A stretch of DNA of 63,017 nucleotides, filler included, from Bigelowiella natans CCMP2755 (GCA_000320545.1; 7 parts of 7 records of this genome joined end to end with filler, not necessarily neighbours in it); one strand, 5' to 3'; shown: positions 24,642 to 40,474, numbered from the whole stretch's first letter. Notes: generated from the sequence alone by a model not told the origin. Numbers and translations: made by a program.

Positions 24642-26160
24642 TCTCTCTCTCTCTCTCTCTCTTTCTCTTTCTCTTTCTCTTTCTCTGTCGCCCTCACCGT
24701 TGCCATCCTCCCTCACCCCCCCACCCCCCCTATGTTGCCCCTGAATATCAGAAAACTCCACCAAGAAATTTCGAGGATTGAGGCTGCCAAATTCAGTGGT
24801 GAGCGACATAAACACACACACAAAGGGGGAAAGAGAGAGAGAGGGGGAGGGGAGGGGGGGAGGGGGGCATCGTCTTGCTTTTTGGAAATCTTCCCTATTA
24901 AGTGCGTCTTTATTGGAGCGTGTCCTTGCGTCCGTGTCCTTCCCTGATTCCTGCTGTGTTGTGTATACCTTCCGTGTGTTTTCCTATCCTCCCCCCCCCC
25001 CTCCTCCTCCTCCTCCTCTTCCTCAGGGGCGGTGTCAGTCGAATTCCCCCCCAAGAAGCTCGTCGGAAACATGAATGAGTCTTTCGTCAAGAAACGGGAG
25101 GTAGCGATGATGACGATGATGATTATGATGATGATGCTGTGCGCCTTCGCATTTCTTGTTGTTGTGAAGTCCCTGTTGCGGTTCTGTCGGGTGTGCCTGA
25201 CGAGGAGGAATCGAACGTCACCATCGTTGCCGCGCAGCGTATGGACTGGTTTTTCCTTTAATCACACTTCTTCGCCGTGTTGAACAGGAAGCATTGCAGA
25301 TGTACCTCGACGCGCTGTTCTTCAGGCTTGGGTGAGAGGCGTCGTGTGAATGTGTGAACGAAGGGGGTGGGGGGGGGGGGAGGGGGGGGAACTGCAGGAT
25401 GATGCATCCTGGTCTAAGCCTTGCGGCCGCAAATATCATTTGTCCCAACACAAACTCCCAAAATTTGCCCGAGATCCGCGATGGCTTTACTACCTGAATG
25501 CTTGCGCATATGAGCTCATGCATCGGTTCTTTGTTTCGTCGCCAGGTTCTTGGAAATCGAGGCGATCCCCATTCTCAAAAGCTTTTTCCACATCATCGTC
25601 ACGTCGCCACCGACGTCGCTCAACCACAGCGCCAACATCTCCGGAACAATGGACGGCGACCATAAATCCGCGATGGAGTGATCTCATTTCAAGAAAAGGA
25701 CGTATCCAGCGGCCCCCTCTTTATTCGTATCATGTGGCTTTGTTTCTTTATGATCTCGTAAACTAATGCGTGCCTGGCAGCGATGTATGTTCCGAAAATT
25801 GTGTTGCTCTGGTTCTGGTCTGTTGTCAATTTTTATTGCGAGAGATTCGTTGTCAAACATAGCGTGCGTCTCTAGTGCATACATGCGTTCGCACAGCATG
25901 TATTGCAGTCAAGAATACTCCCATTGTTTATCATCGTGTTGCCTGATGCTTTTATTGCGAGCCAGAGTGTTACTTTACACTACGCCTGCCGGCGCCAGCT
26001 CTATGCTTTGTGCATGTGGAATGCTGAAGCAAATGTCAAATTCACGCAATGGTTACAGTCTAATGTTACATGTACACTATGTGTAGACAATGCATCAGCA
26101 TTGTCTCAGTTGCACTGCACGCATGTGATGCATGCTGTAAACTTCACAGAGAACTAGAGC

Positions 26161-26780
26161 GTTGCGCGCGTTCCCGCGCATGCGCGACCATGTCTAGCAG
26201 AGGCGCTGGAAAAAAATCTGAAAAAACATCACAAAGTGATGAAATCTTGTGCTTTTGCCGAATTCGAGGAGGAATGGTTTATGTCCAATGATTCACTGAG
26301 AGCTGTGCATCTCAAGAATCTTGGATTCCTTCCGTCATCTTCGATCACCGGCATCAAACTAAAACTTCCAAGTGTCGCTACATCATGGATGCGCGCCATC
26401 TGTGGTGTCGGCAATCTTGGAAAATTCATGTTTTCTCGTGGACAATGCACAGAGACAGATGCCACATGCGATGCATGTGGCATCCTGAAGGACATGGATC
26501 ATCTCCTGCAATGTCTAACACATGGTCGACAACAAATCAGATTGCGCAATCAATTGATCGCAATCATGAATGCAACGACGAGACAAACCGGTTGACAAAG
26601 GCTGAAAAGGATTCAAGAACTGTTGCGCGCAGCGCGCGACAACATCAGACACTTGAGGACGATTTCAAATGCATGAAGCACGTGGTGGCAGAAACCAACA
26701 GACACAACATTAGCGCTGTAGCCGCTGCATTGCACAGCTACACTAGGATGACCAATGGAAAAAATTAAATCATTCATTAC
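26161..26780 (+). mobile_element. 5'-truncated, decayed non-LTR retrotransposon (LINE) ORF2 C-terminal remnant
   Basis: ORF 26236-26595 contains WMRAICGVGNLGKFMF..CDACGILKDMDHLLQCLTHGRQQIRLRNQL, the CX2C-Xn-H-X3-C knuckle typical of LINE ORF2 C-termini; it is followed by in-frame disruption. TA-poor. Confidence 0.7.
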
Positions 26781-26919
26781 TTCCGTCTCATATGGATATT
26801 TATAAGTACAAACGTACAGCATGATAATGACGCGTGCGCTTGTACATGTACTCATCTGCTAGCTACTATAGCTATATGATCGCATCGCATCCTTGGGGCT
26901 ATACTAAAGTGACAAGACC

Positions 26920-26965
<46 letters not shown>

Positions 26966-27155
26966 AAAACTGCGCGTATTTCATTTGCTCGATCACGCTG
27001 TTGGTACTTGGTCAACACTAATACGGCGTGGATCCCACATCTAGGTATGCTTCGAACGAGCTGCTTCCTTCGGTCGGTATCGTAGGCTTGCACACATTAC
27101 AAGCACTCTGCCCGTGTGCGAACCAGTCTTACAGCAGAAATATAGGTGCGAGTGG

Positions 27156-27647
27156 CTAGAAAACTTTCCAGCACAAACATCTAGTTTCCTTGTGCGTGAA
27201 ATACGTATGGATGGAGCTGTACAGCATCCCGCACGTCCTGCAGCGGTACTTCGACTTGAACCCGGAGACGGAGCAGATGTTGGGTGGGGGATACTTGGGG
27301 GGGGCAGCGGTGATCGAAAGAAGCGTCGGGATGTGCTGAGGATAGTAATCTATTTTTGCCTCTCGAGTCAATACGTCAAGCGATTTGACATCTAGTTTCA
27401 CGCGCTTTCTAGGCTTTTTCCCCTTCTTCTTCTTGCGGCTCCCCGAGGTAGGGATTATGTCCTCCTCCTCACCGTCGACGTACTCAGCGTCCCTCAGATC
27501 AACATCCTCTTTATAGTTATCTTCCTCGAGTCTGCTGAGCCGCTTGCGTAAGGCTCGATCCCGCGCGCTGGAATCTAAGGCCTTTATCTTCTTGCTTTGC
27601 TGCTTCACACGCGTTGATTTTCGCTTACCTGCGGCTTTCCGCGGCAT
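27156..27647 (-). CDS. SWC6: SWR1-complex subunit SWC6/Vps71/ZNHIT1-like HIT zinc-finger protein, intronless
   Basis: RLSRLEEDNY motif, and AAPPKYPP..CSVSGFKSKYRCRTCGMLYSSIHTYFTHKETRC ending in the family HxETRC signature. Confidence 0.85.
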   Translation of the reverse strand: MPRKAAGKRKSTRVKQQSKKIKALDSSARDRALRKRLSRLEEDNYKEDVDLRDAEYVDGEEEDIIPTSGSRKKKKGKKPRKRVKLDVKSLDVLTREAKIDYYPQHIPTLLSITAAPPKYPPPNICSVSGFKSKYRCRTCGMLYSSIHTYFTHKETRCLCWKVF

Positions 27648-28869
27648 GATTGCTCCTCTCCTGCTACTCCGCACACAAAAGTCTAATCACGAATGCCGTG
27701 ATGTATGGAACAGTTATGTATCGATGACTTGCTCCGCGCGAGGATCATTTCATTGTCGGGCAGCCACTCGCGGTGGGGTCCCATTCCTTTGCATGTCTGT
27801 TCTCCTGTCGCATTATAAAAATACGGCCAAAACGCAGGCGATTTTACTGAAGAGCCAATACATCTGCTGCGACAACATTATTTATCTAGAAAAATACGTA
27901 AACGCAGGAGGTTTTCTTAAAAAAATGCTCCCTCCGTCCTTGCTCGTCTCCCACCTCTTCCCTTCCGATGATGCGATGGACGACGTCAAATCTAAAGGCT
28001 AACAACATTAAAGAGGTGCCAATTCCCTGAGAATCAGCATGGTGGCCGTGACGAATTAGCTTTTGTCTCCCAAGAAACTCATATGGAAGCTTTCGTGGTT
28101 CGTAGAAAAGTAAAAAGGACCAAACTTGTTGGCGATAATCTTGGAAATACAGCTACCATTCAATGCTATTCAACGTGAAACTAATAACAAGAGGGAGGTT
28201 GATTCGAAAAGAGTTTGTAATTCTTTTACAATCCGCCGACAAAAGCTCGCTAAAGGCTCATTTTTACATTTGTTATCTCGCGTTATCTTATTCGTTGTCG
28301 TACGTTGTGTAGCTATGGATAACTCTCTACCACTCGCTGCCAAGCAAAAATGTTGCCCTTAAAGGCCAAGGAATAAATTCAGATCAATCTAGCTTGCCCA
28401 AAATGACATCTGGCTAGGCTACATTCTGCGCTGCTGTCGAGTTATGTCCATCGCAATTTCATGCATTACACAGCATCGCGGGCCAGGCTAGGCCATGCTA
28501 GCATGAAAGCGCGCAAGCGCAATGCAAGCACCAGCATGATGCACGTATCGAAAGATGATGTCTCATTTTTCCACATGTGCGCATAACCACTTCATTGACA
28601 ACTAAGCATTGAAGCTTCTTGTTGATATGTCTACAGGGCAAGTATAGTCGATATATTGCGCAGTAGTAGCTCTTAAGCGATGGCTGAAAGTCTTCCCTTT
28701 AATCACTTGTACTTTAATTCCACGTACAGAGTCCTAGCTCATATGTGCTAGAATCAATGATAAACACTACTACTGATACTCGCAGTCGTGAATGCCATTG
28801 TAGTTACACACATGTCCGGTCTTGCTTGATGAGATCTAGACGTTGCTTCCTTCTACCATAATTCTTTGA

Positions 28870-29524
28870 TCATTCTCTGGCTTTCACCCATTCCCTGGGA
28901 TTTTTTAGCACATCTTGCATCTCCGCTTCGGGTGTATTAGCCGGGGGCGTCGCATCGAACTTCCACCGTACCAGCGGTGGCGCGGATACCTGCAACAGCA
29001 TCTATGTGCGTAAGACGAGGCAGACGTCGCATACAGAAGCCAGCATCTGCCGACAAAGAATGCGAAGAGGGAACAAAAGGTTAGTGGGAGATATGAAGAA
29101 GGAGCACTTTACGGTAATTGTCACGACCATGATTCTATCGATGTCGCCCCCACTGAGCAGGCCAAAACGCACGCCGCGGTCCCACAGCATATTGAACTCA
29201 GCGTATCGACTTCGACGGATCAGCTGCCACTCTCTCTCCTCGTCTGTAAACCCTGAATAGCACAGAAAGGGCAGGAGAGCGCATAGCTCCATTTCATCAG
29301 GAGAGAGGCATGCCAATGTCCATACATCGTCATATTTCTTGAGAGAAGAAGAGGGAGAGCACAAGAGAGAGAGGGAGAGAAGGAGAAAAGACCTTCTTGG
29401 GCGTGTTTAAGCACGATCGGTCTATAGCTCCCCATCCAGCTTACATTTGTATCGTTTTCGTAAGTATAATTGCTGTAATAGTAGATGACTCCAAGGGCGA
29501 TTCCATGCAGTATAGTAGAAGTCA

Positions 29525-29560
<36 letters not shown>

Positions 29561-32507
29561 AAATAACATATATTTATTTAAAATTTATATTCAATTATTC
29601 CAGTGCTGTTCTGCTGGAGCGCGCAGGCGCAATCCAGCGTCTACAATGGTACCTCTCCGCAACATCGCGAACCTGTCGTGTGTATTAGACAGTCAAGGCG
29701 GTTATTACAACACCCCGCAAAACACTGTGTTATAAACCGACAGAAAGCATCGATTCAGCGAATACAGGTCACAAAACTTGCAACAGCCAGCGTAATGAAT
29801 CAGCTTGTGCGAAGTACCAGAGCGAGGGTGCCCGGAGAGCCAGGGATATCATCGAAGAATATGCCTCCAATTCCGCTGGAAAAATGCATAAATTACGCTA
29901 CCGGACATGATGAGGGAGCAAAACCCCGCCGCCTTCTCCTCCCTCTCCTCCCCTTCCTCCTCCTCCTCCTCATCATCATCGTTATCATCATCGTCGTCGT
30001 CGATGTTTTTTGCACATCCTCCTTCCCATCTTTGAAGCATCATTGTCATCACCGCAAAGCTACTACAGCACCGACCGATGCTCCTTCCTCGCCGGGAGGT
30101 AAAAATATTCGTCGCACTGCTTCTTGAAGTCAGCATAGAACGAGGTGCCGTGCCGGTCGCATACGTCTTTCCTGGGGGATGCAAAGCGCATACGTCGTTA
30201 CTGTGTGAGTGCGTTTGCGCGGGGTCGGAAGCTGCTAGCGAGATCAGCTTGCTGTGATGAGTGCTACTACCAGAACGAATGGAAGTCCTTCGCATCTTCT
30301 TCATCGAGGTAGTTTGGGGTTAAGTCGGCTCCTCCTCCATACCATGTGTCTTCCCCGCCTACTCATTGGAAGTAGTAGTAGTAGTAGTAGCAGTAGTAGT
30401 TGTGGCAGGAAGGGAAGGAGGAGGAGGAGGAGGAGAGGAGGGATCGGTGAGTATACGACGTATTAACACATACGATATAGAGAGGAGGGGGGGAGGGGAA
30501 GAGAAATAAAATGAGAGACAAACATATATATATATATATATATATATTAAATGAGATATGGGAAAAGGGGGGAGGGGTGGGAACATATCTAATCACTCCT
30601 CCCTAAACAATTTCAACAAAGCTTCTGGGCGGGGCAGAGACGAGGCTCTCGCCATCGATGGGGTCTTATCTAGCGATGCACACGGCCACGCAGATCAAAT
30701 GCGCACCGCCAGAGCTGCACACGACCGACCGACTCACCTCCAAAACTACCATTGAAACGTCGTTCGTTCCAAGACTTGATTTTTAAGAGAGGGTGTGAGA
30801 GAGCGTGAGAGGGAGGTGGGGAGGGGAGAAGAGGGGAGAAAGAAAGGCGCAGTTGCTAGCTCTATAGAGGATACCCAAAGAGAACATCCGCACATCAGCT
30901 CTGAACGTTGGCACCTAAGTGACAGAATGGCCCTCAGCGAATAATACACCGGGCTCCATACCAACGCTCTATCGTGAGCTACTGAAAGGGGGGCGAGTGA
31001 GGATGACGAAGCGGGAAAGACGCAAGGAAAGTTTCATCTTGTTTTTCGTTTTTTTCCAAATATGTATGCAGCATCCTGCTATTTCACCACCACCGCCGAT
31101 TTCATCGTAGATGTATATTCAGGATCATTTGAAGATCCCAGCAGTAGTCTCCCACAAAGAAGGACACCCTTTTGCCCCCACCACCCCTCCCCCCTCCCCC
31201 CTCCCCTCTATGCTCCTATACCCTGCATGTATCTATTGGTGACACCTTTGGCGATTTCGGATGGAAGACTAGGCTGAGAGCTGCGGCACTGTACTTTCCC
31301 CCCGGTGCAGCAGGACGCCCACGCGAGGACATTGCTTTGGCACGCTCAGGACTGCACAGCAGAAATCATGGTGCTTACATGGAGTTTGCGTGAATCATCC
31401 TTGATGATGATGATAATGATGATAATGATGATGACGACGACGACGACGACGATGAGTTTTATATTTCTTGAGCGCTCGTTCTCCACTGTACCATTTTTCT
31501 TTCTTCCACCATTCCTCCTCCTCCTCCTCCTCCTCCTCCTCCTCCTCCTCCTCCCCATCCTTTGCAGTAGTATCTTTCCCCCTCTCCTCCATAAACGAAG
31601 TATACCTGAGCTCGCCGTGTATAATGGACACGCCTATCGCCGCCTTCTCAAAGATGCTTCCGTCTTCCAACACACAGGTGCGGCCTATTGAGAGGACAGA
31701 GCATGAGCCTTTTTGATGATATCGATTCTAGACTAGCATCGTCTCCTGTATTTTATCAACTGTGAAGCCTAGACTAGTGGGTACGATTTAAGGTTGATGA
31801 TACAGCAGTTCTATAACAGAACAAATCAGCTGCTTCGACCTTGGCCTCCACTCGTTGTAGAGGGCTCCCTGGATGGTTATAGAGACATTTCTTTCAACTT
31901 ATGATGAGCCAATACTTTATATGCAACGGTTTATGTGAAACGTATCGTGGAGGCGAAATGTGAGCGAAGCGCTGTGGTATGCGCGCACCTCTGCCACGGT
32001 AGCTTATTGAATTTCGCTCCCTCTGGACCCTCTAAGCTTTCCATTTCACCGACCAATGTATCCTATACGAGGGTGGAAAGGATGCGTCGCCGACGTCGTC
32101 ACTGGTGAGGGTGGCGAAGGATCTTGCATTCATTTCGCGATTTTGCATCATAGGGTACCACCTGTACTCTCCAAATCATCTTCGCGAACTCCGCCCCCTC
32201 CTCCTGACGCTCCTGCGATTTGTGGGGAGGAGGCGTTAAATTATCGACTGGGCATGTTTTCGAGCTTGGATTGCAAGCGAGATGACACCGTATCAGCCTC
32301 CATCTGCGACAAGACCCTCTCGGAAGTGCCCGTCGCTCTTATCGTTCTCCCCAAACGGCTTCGTAGTGGGGAAGGGGGGCGCAAGCCGTGACCACGGCGA
32401 ATATATCGGGCGCTGTGGGCTACATATCGCGCTCCTGCTTCCACACCTCGTGCGGAGGCGGCCAGGGTAGACGCCATCGTCAGCCAGAGGGGGGCGAGGA
32501 GAAGCAT
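28870..32507 (-). CDS. hemF: Oxygen-dependent coproporphyrinogen III oxidase with bipartite plastid-targeting leader, multi-exon
   Basis: Exons read VLEDGSIFEKAAIGVSIIHG, SPERAKAMSSRGR..YSAAALSLVFHPKSPK-VPTFRADVR, FTDEEREWQLIRRSRYAEFNMLWDRGVRFGL, VSAPPLVRWKF..NPREWV. The leader MLLLAPLWLTMASTLAASA is followed by an Arg/Ser-rich stretch. Confidence 0.93.
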
Positions 32508-32699
32508 TTCCGTGCCTGATTGGGCGGAACCTGAACCAAAAAGATATTCGGTTGAAACCAAAAATGGTGGTTCTTTCTAGCGGTTTCACAATATAAACTA
32601 TGTCGTATGTCAAAAACCACAATCATATTGCCCGTCCCAGAGGCTCGTTGTAAAGGACTTAATCTGAATACTCGGAAGGCGGAGGGTTAGCTCCCACCA
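32508..32699. promoter_or_regulatory. 192-bp divergent intergenic region between hemF and GT32 gene
   Basis: Head-to-head start codons. Confidence 0.4.
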
Positions 32700-33199
32700 A
32701 TGGCGGCGGCGCGGTGGGGGATGTGCCATGCCATTGTTGCTCTATCCCTTCTTTCTTCGCTCTTCAATGTGGAAGGTACTTGCTTTCTCTTCGATCCAGA
32801 AGGCTACGTGCGAGGGCGAGGCGGGGGGTGGGTGGTGGCGCGTATCGAATCACTGAATGCCTTTCACTCCTTGTGATTGATGATTATACAACAGCAAAGA
32901 GATCTCCCCTCGATAAGGTCTTTGCGTACTCGAAACTACGGGATAAGGAACCAGTGACTATTCGCTTGGATGAAGCGCTAGCGGCGGAGCAGGAGGGAGC
33001 GGATAGCGTAGCTGCAGATGAAGATGATCCATTCTCATCTTCTCCCATGGAATTTACCAAACGCATCGGCAAGGGAGAAGGGGGTGTGAAGAGGGAGGAT
33101 GGTATGAAATCAATACCTTCTTCTCCATCTTCTTCTTCCCTTTACATCTACGAACACCGAATCCCACGAATCATTCACCAGGTGGGCAGCTGCGTGACG

Positions 33200-33231
<32 letters not shown>

Positions 33232-33601
33232 CATAGTAGCCGCACGTCATTCGAGAAGGGAACATCCAATCTAACGGAGTTACCTTTGGACTTGGGCGTG
33301 TCCCACGGCCGCTTCTGCTTTCTTGCAACTCACACGACTTTCATTGCATCATATAACTGATTATGGTTCAATCAATTATTGATCACATAACACCTCAATC
33401 CATCGCCATTGCAGATGTGGAAAACCAACTGGATTCAGAGGGTATTCGCTGAATACGTGCAGTCTTGGATCCGCTTGCATCCTTTTTGGGAGTATCGGTG
33501 ACTTTTTTTTGTTGTTGAAAACCAAAAAAAGAAAGGTGTGGAGGAGGGGGGGGGTTGATAAATGCAGTGATCATTCTTGATATACAATGAGTGGAGTGTG
33601 C

Positions 33602-33646
<45 letters not shown>

Positions 33647-33650
33647 ATAT

Positions 33651-33699
<49 letters not shown>

Positions 33700-33719
33700 G
33701 TGTGTGTGTATCAATATCA

Positions 33720-33779
<60 letters not shown>

Positions 33780-34143
33780 ATGCTGCCGCAGATTCTGGAC
33801 GGATGAGTCCGGTGAGGAGTTCATAAAGGTTGGAGGAGTAGTGATTGTTTCTATAGTTGCAGCTGCTGTTGTAGAGCATGATGGGGTAGGAAGGGGGGGG
33901 GGGATCCTGCCGTGTTTCTATGTGCATATTATAGATCAGAGATCTATTCAACGCACGCATACTTCCTGCGTTCTTAACGAATCTGTGTTGCTTTCATTGC
34001 ATGATTGCAGAGCGTATATCCCTGGTTTTGGGGAACATTCAAGGACTTCAACGGTATTCAGCGCTCCGATGCCCTTCGCTACTTCATCTTGCATCAGGTC
34101 TTGCTACAATTAGATCATGCGTGCTGCTCGAAAAGCCCTCTGT

Positions 34144-34179
<36 letters not shown>

Positions 34180-34302
34180 CTAATTTGCGCCTCCTGTCAA
34201 ACCGTTTTGTTGTCGTGACGGGTAGTGGAAAGTGGGAGGGGGGAGGAGTAGGGCGTTTTCGTAAATTCACTCGAAGATCTGTTTGATCATCGCAGTGGTT
34301 GG

Positions 34303-34340
<38 letters not shown>

Positions 34341-34454
34341 GTGCTTGAACTTCTCTCCGTGTGTTGGCTTTTATACGTCAGTACGGCGGTGTCTATGCTG
34401 ATCTTGACGTCGAGCCTGTCGTCCCTCTGGATCGTATCCTTATCCAGACGGTGC

Positions 34455-34492
<38 letters not shown>

Positions 34493-34900
34493 GTCCATCT
34501 ATTCTCTCCATCTATTCTCTCACAGTACACACAAGCATCGTGCAATGTTCATGCCGCCGTGCGCGTTTGCGGCTGTTGCTTCTCTGACTGCTTGCCCTTG
34601 TTTGCGTGGACAGCTGACACTATCGCAGGAGCCCCTCGCGCATGCTGTCGTGTTGGAGAACCGGGAGAGGCAGGTTGGCGAGCGGCAAATTGAAACCGAT
34701 GAGATGTATCGTTCTTCCCGAGAAGGGGATGAGGGAACGTAATATCATCGCCGCCATCGTAATTGTGCTAACAGCTTGTGCCCCCTTATACACCCTCTGC
34801 GCGTGTGCGCTTTGATGAAAGGTCTGCAACGCATTTATGGCGTCTCCTCCCAACCACCCATTCTGGCCTTTTGTCCATCGGTATATGAAGGATCATCAGG
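32700..34900 (+). CDS. GT32-family (DXD, Och1/Sur1-like) glycosyltransferase; 3'-partial
   Basis: Signal peptide MAAARWGMCHAIVALSLLSSLF; IPRIIHQ-MWKT, SWIRLHPFWEYRFWTDE, IQRSDALRYFILHQ-YGGVYADLDVEP, VCNAFMASPPNHPFW. Confidence 0.9.
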
Positions 34901-35284
34901 TCGGAATAGCTGTAGTAGTAGTCGTAGTAGTTGTAGTAGTAGAGACCTCATCCTCACCCCTCCCCATCCTTCGTCTGAACGAGTCGTCAGAAGAAGAAGA
35001 GGAAGAGGGGTGGGGATGAGGTCTCTACTACTACAACTACTACGACTACTACTACAGCTATTCCGACCTGATGATCCTTCATATACCGATGGACAAAAGG
35101 CCAGAATGGGTGGTTGGGAGGAGACGCCATAAATGCGTTGCAGACCTTTCATCAAAGCGCACACGCGCAGAGGGTGTATAAGGGGGCACAAGCTGTTAGC
35201 ACAATTACGATGGCGGCGATGATATTACGTTCCCTCATCCCCTTCTCGGGAAGAACGATACATCTCCATCGGGTTTCATTTTGC
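34685..35284. repeat. Near-perfect inverted repeat of about 275-bp arms (fold-back) ending at contig end
   Basis: ORFs 34776-35132(+) and 34835-35191(-) are mirror images; symmetry centre about 34983. Confidence 0.95.
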
Positions 35285-35384
35285 NNNNNNNNNNNNNNNN
35301 NNNNNNNNNNNNNNNNNNNNNNNNNNNNTTAATTAATTAANNNNNNNNNNNNNNNNNNNNNNNNNNNNNNNNNNNNNNNNNNNN
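35285..35384. other. Assembly gap spacer
   Basis: N run with linker. Confidence 0.98.
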
Positions 35385-35631
35385 TCTGGACTCACTCTCT
35401 CTCCTGTGTTTATGCATCTCCATATCTTTCTCGGGCGTTGGGGGGGCGCGTGAAATCACCAACCCCCGTCCTCTCTATCACTAACCAGACTCACATTATC
35501 TCTGTCATTTGAAGCAGAGGCACCGTTGATCTTTCACCTTTTTTCTCTATAAGTGATTTTGTGTTTTCCCTCCCCCCCCCCCGCGGGCGAGGGAGTGGGT
35601 GAGGGACGTCCGTCACCCACCCTCTCTGATA

Positions 35632-35715
<84 letters not shown>

Positions 35716-37323
35716 ATCTAATGCGTGTGATAATCGGCAAGAAGAAAAAGAAACGATGCCAAAGTATATTCGAGTGACGATGACAGACGACCATCTTCCA
35801 CTACCTCCTCAGCCATGTGCAGTGATCGATGCATTATCATCGTTGCTAATGTAACAACAATAGCCATGCACCGAGTCCTTGCAAACGAAACACATCGTAA
35901 GGAAAACCGTTGCACGACGAGACGCCGAGCGCCGCTACAAATCTGGCCAAACTACTTCATGTCGTCATAATCGAAACCAAAACTAATTTACGCTCCCGTC
36001 GCATCTATCCTTCCCGCCCCTTCGTGGCTTGCGCGAGGCACGAGTACCTTCCACGGCTCGCCGACATCGCTGTTGGAAAGTGCGTTCCGAAAAATGAATT
36101 TGGAAACGCATGGGAATTTCTGTTAATAGGAAGCCATTTTTATTGTCGCACATATTTTATATATGCGGTTTAAATATTTGAATATTAGATTGTATTTTCC
36201 ACTTACGACAAGTATTTTCTCTTCCATCAGCTGCTTTTCGGATTCAGATGCTACTGATGCCCAGTAGTCTGCCCCCCCACCCTCCCCTCACCCTCCCCCT
36301 CTTCGAGTTATGTTTCGAATTACGCCCGCCTTTTTTGGAGGAAAGATTTTTCGCTTTCGAACAGATACCCGAGTGCAAGCTTGAATCGGTGTGAGCTCTT
36401 GATGATGGCTCTTCCACCAGGTTGCTTGCAAAGGAGGCGGCCCCCTTCGGGGAACGTTTATTCTCCCTGGCTCGTTCTAGCGTGGATTTCAGTGACTTTT
36501 GCTCGGAACAATCAACTGGGATATAGAACCCTCTTCAGACCAGCTAGGTAAGCTTTTCTCGGATGTGATTCGGGCGAAATCCGAAAGAATATGCATCCTA
36601 TAGACTAATTCAATATACCTGCCATTGGATTGATTTCCCCTCGCAACAACTCTCATGGAGAAAGACACAAACGCTGATAGCGATGATAGATCATGAAACT
36701 TTTGAATAAACGCAGACATGGGGTACCCGCTCTGAGACGACGGGCATCATCGGTCATTTATGCATTGAACTAACAGTGAATGATGAGTACCAATATTACC
36801 TCCTAACCCCTCCCTTCTACTTTACCCGATTTGACCGCGTGAGTTGGCAAGAAAAACGACGAGACATCTAGTCTTTCCGCATTTTTTTTAGAATTTGAAA
36901 CGTCAGGTTGGCTGTACGACGAGGCCTTTTCGCCTCTCATCGGGAAGGAGAAAGATGCAGGCAGCTGCTGCTAGAAGAGGTGCTGCATGTTTGCCCATTG
37001 GTCCTCTGCTTTAAGCGTATTCGACTCATCAAACTGTACATGCGTTCCAATAACTTTCCGCCCATGAAAAAAAGGAAAATCCTCGGAACTTTACGACCTC
37101 TTTGGAGAAGCGCCCTCCCCTGATGAGCCAATGCCCGGAAGTGAGGATATCGAGAGCATGCTAGGGGCAAACGAACTTCAGCAGGAGGGGGGGGCTGTAC
37201 TGCTCCGTGGCGATGATGACAATACCGAGTAAGACATTCACAATATTGGGAAATCGCACTTTGTTGTTCTTCACGTCGCGTGCGTTTGATGGAAGATTTG
37301 GGGTGCAATTCGTTCTGTGGCAG

Positions 37324-40080
<2,757 letters not shown>

Positions 40081-40474
40081 TAGGAGTGGTGTTAAATAGG
40101 CGGAAAGCTTGCTTGTGGGCACATTATTAAGGTAGCTTGTACATATTGCGACAAAACCATGATTAATTATAAAATGAATAAACAAGAGGCTAAATCATAA
40201 TGGATGAAAACATCCAGCACCTCGACATAACTGCATTCGCAGATGTTCGCACTGCCGCAGCGCGAGGTTTAAGCTGCATGCTACATGCTGCATGCTGCAT
40301 GACACATGTATGTATGTCTGCCCATGTTAAGGCGAATAAACAACAATAGCTACCGTGAGCATTGTAGCTCTAACAAACGAGCAAAATAAATAAACACGCG
40401 GTGATAGTGCAAAAAGTTGACTTGCGTGTTGTTAATACTCACGAGCCGTTTCGGAGGCTGCAGCTTGTATGCGC

